From assembly GCA_036507075.1 (NCBI GenBank), contig DASXQR010000010.1, forward strand, positions 31,628-95,627: DNA of 64,000 bases. The letters run 5' to 3'. Source of the DNA: Acidobacteriota bacterium (lineage in GTDB: Bacteria > Acidobacteriota > UBA6911 > JACQSX01). Every line of letters begins with the position of its first letter. Within the stretch, counting starts at the first letter, position 1. Shown here one piece after another: positions 60,137 through 64,000 of the stretch. A program made the position numbers and the translations under genes. The notes under the pieces were generated by a model that saw nothing but the letters and a program-made list of their open reading frames with translations, made no database searches and had not been told where the DNA came from.

Positions 60137-61405
60137 TCAATTAAACAGTTCGTTTACCTTGTGCAGACCCTGAACGACCGCATCAATTTCTTCCCGAGTG
60201 TTATAGAGCGCCAGAGAAACGCGGGCGGTGGCAGGTATCTGAAATCTCTGCATCAACGGCTGGGCGCAATGGTGTCCGGTCCGAATCGCAATGCCTTCCT
60301 GATCCAGCACCGTTCCAATATCATGAGGATGGACGCCTTCGAGCACAAAAGAGATCACGCCGGCCTTCTGCCCGGCCGTTCCGATGAGCCGCACCTTGGG
60401 AACGCGGGAAATCACTTCCGTACCATAGGCCAGCAGCTCATCCTCGTAGGGAGCGATGACTTCCTTGCCGATTTCGCTGATGTAGTCGATGGCCGCCGCC
60501 AATCCGATTGCGCCGGCAATGTTCGAAGTGCCGGCTTCAAACTTGAAGGGCAGCTCGTTGTAGGTCGTCTTCTCAAAACTGACCGAGCTGATCATATCGC
60601 CGCCGCCCTGATACGGAGGCATCGACTCGAGGTGCTGCTTTTTCCCATAGAGCACTCCGATACCCGTCGGCCCGTACATCTTGTGTCCCGAGATGGCATA
60701 AAAATCGCAGTCCAACTCGCGCACGTCAACTTTCAAATGCGCCGCCGCCTGCGCCCCGTCGATCATCACCGGCACACGCTGGCGGTGGGCCGTCTGAATA
60801 ATCTCCCGGATAGGATTGACCGTTCCCAGCGCGTTAGACAGGTGCGTGACGGAAACCAGACGTGTTCTAGGTGTGAGGAGCTGCTCGAGCGTTTCAAGTT
60901 GCAGCTCTCCCCGGTCGTTGATGGGAAGCACCCGCAGATGCGCTCCTGCCTCTTGGCACAGAATCTGCCAGGGCACGATGTTGGAATGGTGCTCCATCGT
61001 CGAAATAATGATCTCATCGCCGGCGGCGATGCCGGACCCGACAAAGCTCCGCGCCACGAGGTTGATCGCTTCCGATGTACCTCGAACAAAAATTATTTCA
61101 CGCGTGTCCTGCGCGTTCAGAAACTCGCGAGCCTTGGCGCGCGCCTGCTCGTAGGCATCGGTTGCGCGCTGGCTGAGCGTGTGCACGCCGCGATGGACGT
61201 TTGAATTGTATTCGGAGTAAAAACGCACCATCGCGTCGATGACCTGCTGGGGCTTCTGCGTGGTAGCTGCATTGTCCAGATACACGAGCGGCTTGCCATG
61301 CACAGTTTGTTTTAATATGGGGAAATCCGCCCGCACTCTGGCCACATCAAAAACAGGATGGCGAGCCTCCGGCCGGCGACCGGCGACATCATAAGCGCTC
61401 TTCAT
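60137..61405 (-). CDS. sufS: Cysteine desulfurase
   Basis: YLDNAATTQKP, EHHSN.VPWQ, SGHK, RTGHHCAQP. Confidence 0.96.
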   Translation of the reverse strand: MKSAYDVAGRRPEARHPVFDVARVRADFPILKQTVHGKPLVYLDNAATTQKPQQVIDAMVRFYSEYNSNVHRGVHTLSQRATDAYEQARAKAREFLNAQDTREIIFVRGTSEAINLVARSFVGSGIAAGDEIIISTMEHHSNIVPWQILCQEAGAHLRVLPINDRGELQLETLEQLLTPRTRLVSVTHLSNALGTVNPIREIIQTAHRQRVPVMIDGAQAAAHLKVDVRELDCDFYAISGHKMYGPTGIGVLYGKKQHLESMPPYQGGGDMISSVSFEKTTYNELPFKFEAGTSNIAGAIGLAAAIDYISEIGKEVIAPYEDELLAYGTEVISRVPKVRLIGTAGQKAGVISFVLEGVHPHDIGTVLDQEGIAIRTGHHCAQPLMQRFQIPATARVSLALYNTREEIDAVVQGLHKVNELFN

Positions 61406-62754
61406 CGCTGAATCGCCTCCTTTATCGCTTCACCGCGAGGAAGCCACTGAAGCAGGTATTGGTCCACCTGCTCCCGCAACTCGGCGGCCTTTATATGGCG
61501 GACGATTTCGCTGGCAAAGGCGTAAACCAGCAGGCTGAAAGCAGATTTCTCACCGATGCCTCGAGAGCGAAGGTAAAAAACAGCGTCGCGATCAAGCTGG
61601 CCAATCGTTGCCCCGTGCGTGCACTTGACGTCGTCCGCATAGATTTCAAGCTGCGGTTTGGTATTAATCAGCGCTTCATCAGAGAGAAGCAGGTTGTTGT
61701 TGGTTTGTTTGGAGTCGGTCTTCTGAGCCCCCGGATGAACCAGTATGCGTCCATGGAAAACACCCCGGGACTTTCCATCCAGGATGCCTTTGTAATGTTC
61801 CCGGCTGCTGCAATGGGGCTGTGCGTGCTCCAGTCTGGTATGGTTGTCGATGTGCTGGTGTCCATTCACCAGATACAAACCCTTCAGGTTGCACTCGGCG
61901 CCTTCGCCATCCAGTATGGCGTTGAGATTGTTTCGAACCAGGTCGCCGCCAAGCGTGATCGAATTGGACTCAAGGGAGCTGCTTCTCCCCTGGTGGTACT
62001 GCAGGGTGGCGATGTGAAATGCGCTTTTGCTCTCACTCTGCAGTTTGTAATGATCGATCACAGAGTGGTCCCCGGCTGCAATTTCTGTCACCGGGCAGGT
62101 GAAATAGATATTCCCGTCGTCCAATCCAAAATAAGTTTCGATGATCACCGCCTGGCTGGTCGGCTCGGCGACGACCAGGATGCGCGGAAAAGAAACCGTG
62201 GGCCGTCCGTTTGAAGAAGAGAGGAAAAGCAACTGAATCGGATGCTCGACGACGCAACCGGAGGGAAGATAAACAAAAGCGCCGTCTTTCAGAAAAGCTG
62301 TATTGAGCGAAGTGAAAAAGTTTTCTTCCAACGAGGCGTAATGCCCCAGAAAAGGCTCCACTCGCTCCGGGGTCCGTCTCAAAACCGACGCGAGCGAGGC
62401 AATCTGCGCCCCATTCGGAAGAGTCTGAACCTGGGAAAGTTCCTCGGCATAATGGCCATTCACGAAAACCAATCTGCTGCCCTGGAGATTCGCAAATCGG
62501 ATGCGGTCAACCTGATCGCGCGTGATCGGATGCGGTCGCTCGCCGGCGACCTCAAATGCAGTCTCCGCCACAGGAGCGATACTGGTGTATTTCCAGTCTT
62601 CGTCCTGGACGGTGGGAAAGCCTCCCTCTGCAAAACTTTTTGCCGCCCTGCTGCGCATTCTCTGAAGCCAGGGTGGACCGCTGGGTTCCAACTGCCGGGC
62701 TTGATGAATGAAGCTTGAAAGCTGAGTTTCTGTTTTAGTGATCGCCTGAGCCAT
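61402..62754 (-). CDS. sufD: Fe-S cluster assembly protein SufD
   Basis: EDWKYT, KPQLEIYADDVKCTHGAT.G, FYLRSRG. Confidence 0.95.
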   Translation of the reverse strand: MAQAITKTETQLSSFIHQARQLEPSGPPWLQRMRSRAAKSFAEGGFPTVQDEDWKYTSIAPVAETAFEVAGERPHPITRDQVDRIRFANLQGSRLVFVNGHYAEELSQVQTLPNGAQIASLASVLRRTPERVEPFLGHYASLEENFFTSLNTAFLKDGAFVYLPSGCVVEHPIQLLFLSSSNGRPTVSFPRILVVAEPTSQAVIIETYFGLDDGNIYFTCPVTEIAAGDHSVIDHYKLQSESKSAFHIATLQYHQGRSSSLESNSITLGGDLVRNNLNAILDGEGAECNLKGLYLVNGHQHIDNHTRLEHAQPHCSSREHYKGILDGKSRGVFHGRILVHPGAQKTDSKQTNNNLLLSDEALINTKPQLEIYADDVKCTHGATIGQLDRDAVFYLRSRGIGEKSAFSLLVYAFASEIVRHIKAAELREQVDQYLLQWLPRGEAIKEAIQR

Positions 62755-62805
62755 TCAATACCTCGTACTCTGATGCTCAAATCTACGGGCTACTGATTCA
62801 CCACG

Positions 62806-62905
62806 TTGCTTTCACCGCAGAGACGCCAAGATCGCCGAGTTTCGCAGAGCCTATGTTCCAACCTCTGCGAATCTCAGCGTGCTCTGCGCCTCGGCAGTGA
62901 ATGCA
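62806..62905. repeat. Inverted 9-bp-period triplet element between sufC and sufD
   Basis: TTCACCGCAGAGACGCCAAGATCGCCGAG / CTCAGCGTGCTCTGCGCCTCGGCAGTGAA. Confidence 0.75.
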
Positions 62906-62989
62906 GCATGGCCGTCTTCACAGACCTGTTTTCGGGGCTATGCGCTTTTCGCTGAGCTTTTTGGAAACCCGTTTTGCACAAGCCGTCCC

Positions 62990-63751
62990 TTATCTTGGCG
63001 CTGGCTCGGGTTCAACTTCCAACCAGGAGTAACCCTTTTCTTCGAGTTCCAAAGCCAGCTCCTTGCCTCCCGACTTTACAATCCGCCCATCGGATAGAAC
63101 GTGGACGAAATCAGGCTGGATGTAGTTTAAGAGCCGTTGATAGTGAGTTACTACGATCATTGCGCGGTCCGGGGCACGCAGGGAGTTTACCCCCTCTGCC
63201 ACGATGCGCAGCGCGTCTATATCGAGTCCCGAGTCGGTTTCGTCCAGGATGGCAAGTTTGGGCTGCAGAATCGCCATCTGGAATATCTCATTGCGCTTCT
63301 TTTCACCGCCCGAAAATCCTTCATTCACGGGGCGGCTGATCAGGCTTTCGTCCATGTCCAGGGATTTCATCTTCTCGCGCGCAAGCGCCAAAAAATCCAT
63401 GGCATCCACTTCATCCAGGCCCTGGTGCCTGCGAATGGCATTGAGAGCGGTTTTCAGAAAATAAGTATTGCTGACACCCGGGATTTCCACCGGGTACTGG
63501 AACGCCATAAAGAGGCCTTCACGGGCTCGGTCTTCGGGCGCCATCTCCAGCAGATCCCGGCCGTTGTAAAGCACCTGGCCTTCGGTGACTTCATAGGACT
63601 CGCGCCCGGCAAGTACCTGCGCCAGCGTGCTCTTTCCCGAACCATTCGGTCCCATGATGGAGTGCACTTCACCCGCATTCACAATCAGGTCAATTCCACG
63701 CAGAATTACCTTTTCTCCTGCTTTCACATGTAGGTTTCTTATTTCCAGCAT
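62990..63751 (-). CDS. sufC: Fe-S cluster assembly ATPase SufC
   Basis: GPNGSGKST, FQYPVEIPGV, FSGGEKKRNE, DETDSGLDID. Confidence 0.97.
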   Translation of the reverse strand: MLEIRNLHVKAGEKVILRGIDLIVNAGEVHSIMGPNGSGKSTLAQVLAGRESYEVTEGQVLYNGRDLLEMAPEDRAREGLFMAFQYPVEIPGVSNTYFLKTALNAIRRHQGLDEVDAMDFLALAREKMKSLDMDESLISRPVNEGFSGGEKKRNEIFQMAILQPKLAILDETDSGLDIDALRIVAEGVNSLRAPDRAMIVVTHYQRLLNYIQPDFVHVLSDGRIVKSGGKELALELEEKGYSWLEVEPEPAPR

Positions 63752-63774
63752 TGGTAGATTCATCGTCGTCGTAC

Positions 63775-64000
63775 CGAGTTTTCGAGTTTTCGAGTTTTCG
63801 AGTTTCCGAGTTTCCGAGTTTCCGAGTTACGAGTTTAAAGTTACGGGTCTTTGAGTTATGAACATCCAGTTAGTGGTTCTTCTGCCTTCTGCCTTCTGCC
63901 TTCTGCCTTCTGCCTTCTGCCTTCTGCCTTCTGCCTTCTGCCTTCTGCCTTCTGCCTTCTGCCTTCTGCCTTCTGCCTTATGCCTACTGCCTTCTGCCTT
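63775..64000. repeat. 8-bp and 7-bp tandem arrays
   Basis: (TT(T/C)CGAGT)n at 63775-63860 and (TTCTGCC)n from 63878 to the window end. Confidence 0.95.

Noticed and set aside
60107..61204. 365-aa plus-strand ORF
   Set aside because: Antisense shadow of sufS.
59273..63763. Missing sufB
   Set aside because: The operon runs off the right edge, so sufB may lie upstream of sufC outside the window.

Overview
GC-rich bacterial chromosome segment. The gene content (PVC-type heme dehydrogenase, TolB-like and TPR lipoproteins, Tat-TIM barrels) is consistent with Acidobacteriota, which is an inference. The left ~3.1 kb is a decaying integron: an intI with its core deleted, a probable attI, four cassettes with matching attC sites, an intact DUF4160/DUF2442 toxin-antitoxin cassette, and an IS110 remnant sitting inside an attC. 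Housekeeping or metabolic genes follow: glyA, DinG helicase, NAD kinase, a deoxyhypusine-synthase-like enzyme, an aas/ynbABCD-type lipid cluster, lactate permease, a hybrid histidine kinase, trpS and sufCDSUT. The most interesting candidate system is a metal-uptake operon (outer-membrane porin-like protein, ZnuA-like binding protein, and ZnuB-like permease fused to a HEAT domain, with no ATPase gene). It is preceded by a DUF2946/CruR-like leader ORF with CxxC and a C-terminal RAPP ribosome-arrest motif, plus alternative hairpins over the downstream RBS. A large share of intergenic gaps carry nested palindromic or short-period repeat elements, some with compensatory base changes. Two lower-GC islands encode secreted proteins; one is bounded by a duplicated lactate-permease start and contains a group II intron 3' remnant. 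No tRNA, rRNA or CRISPR array was recognised.
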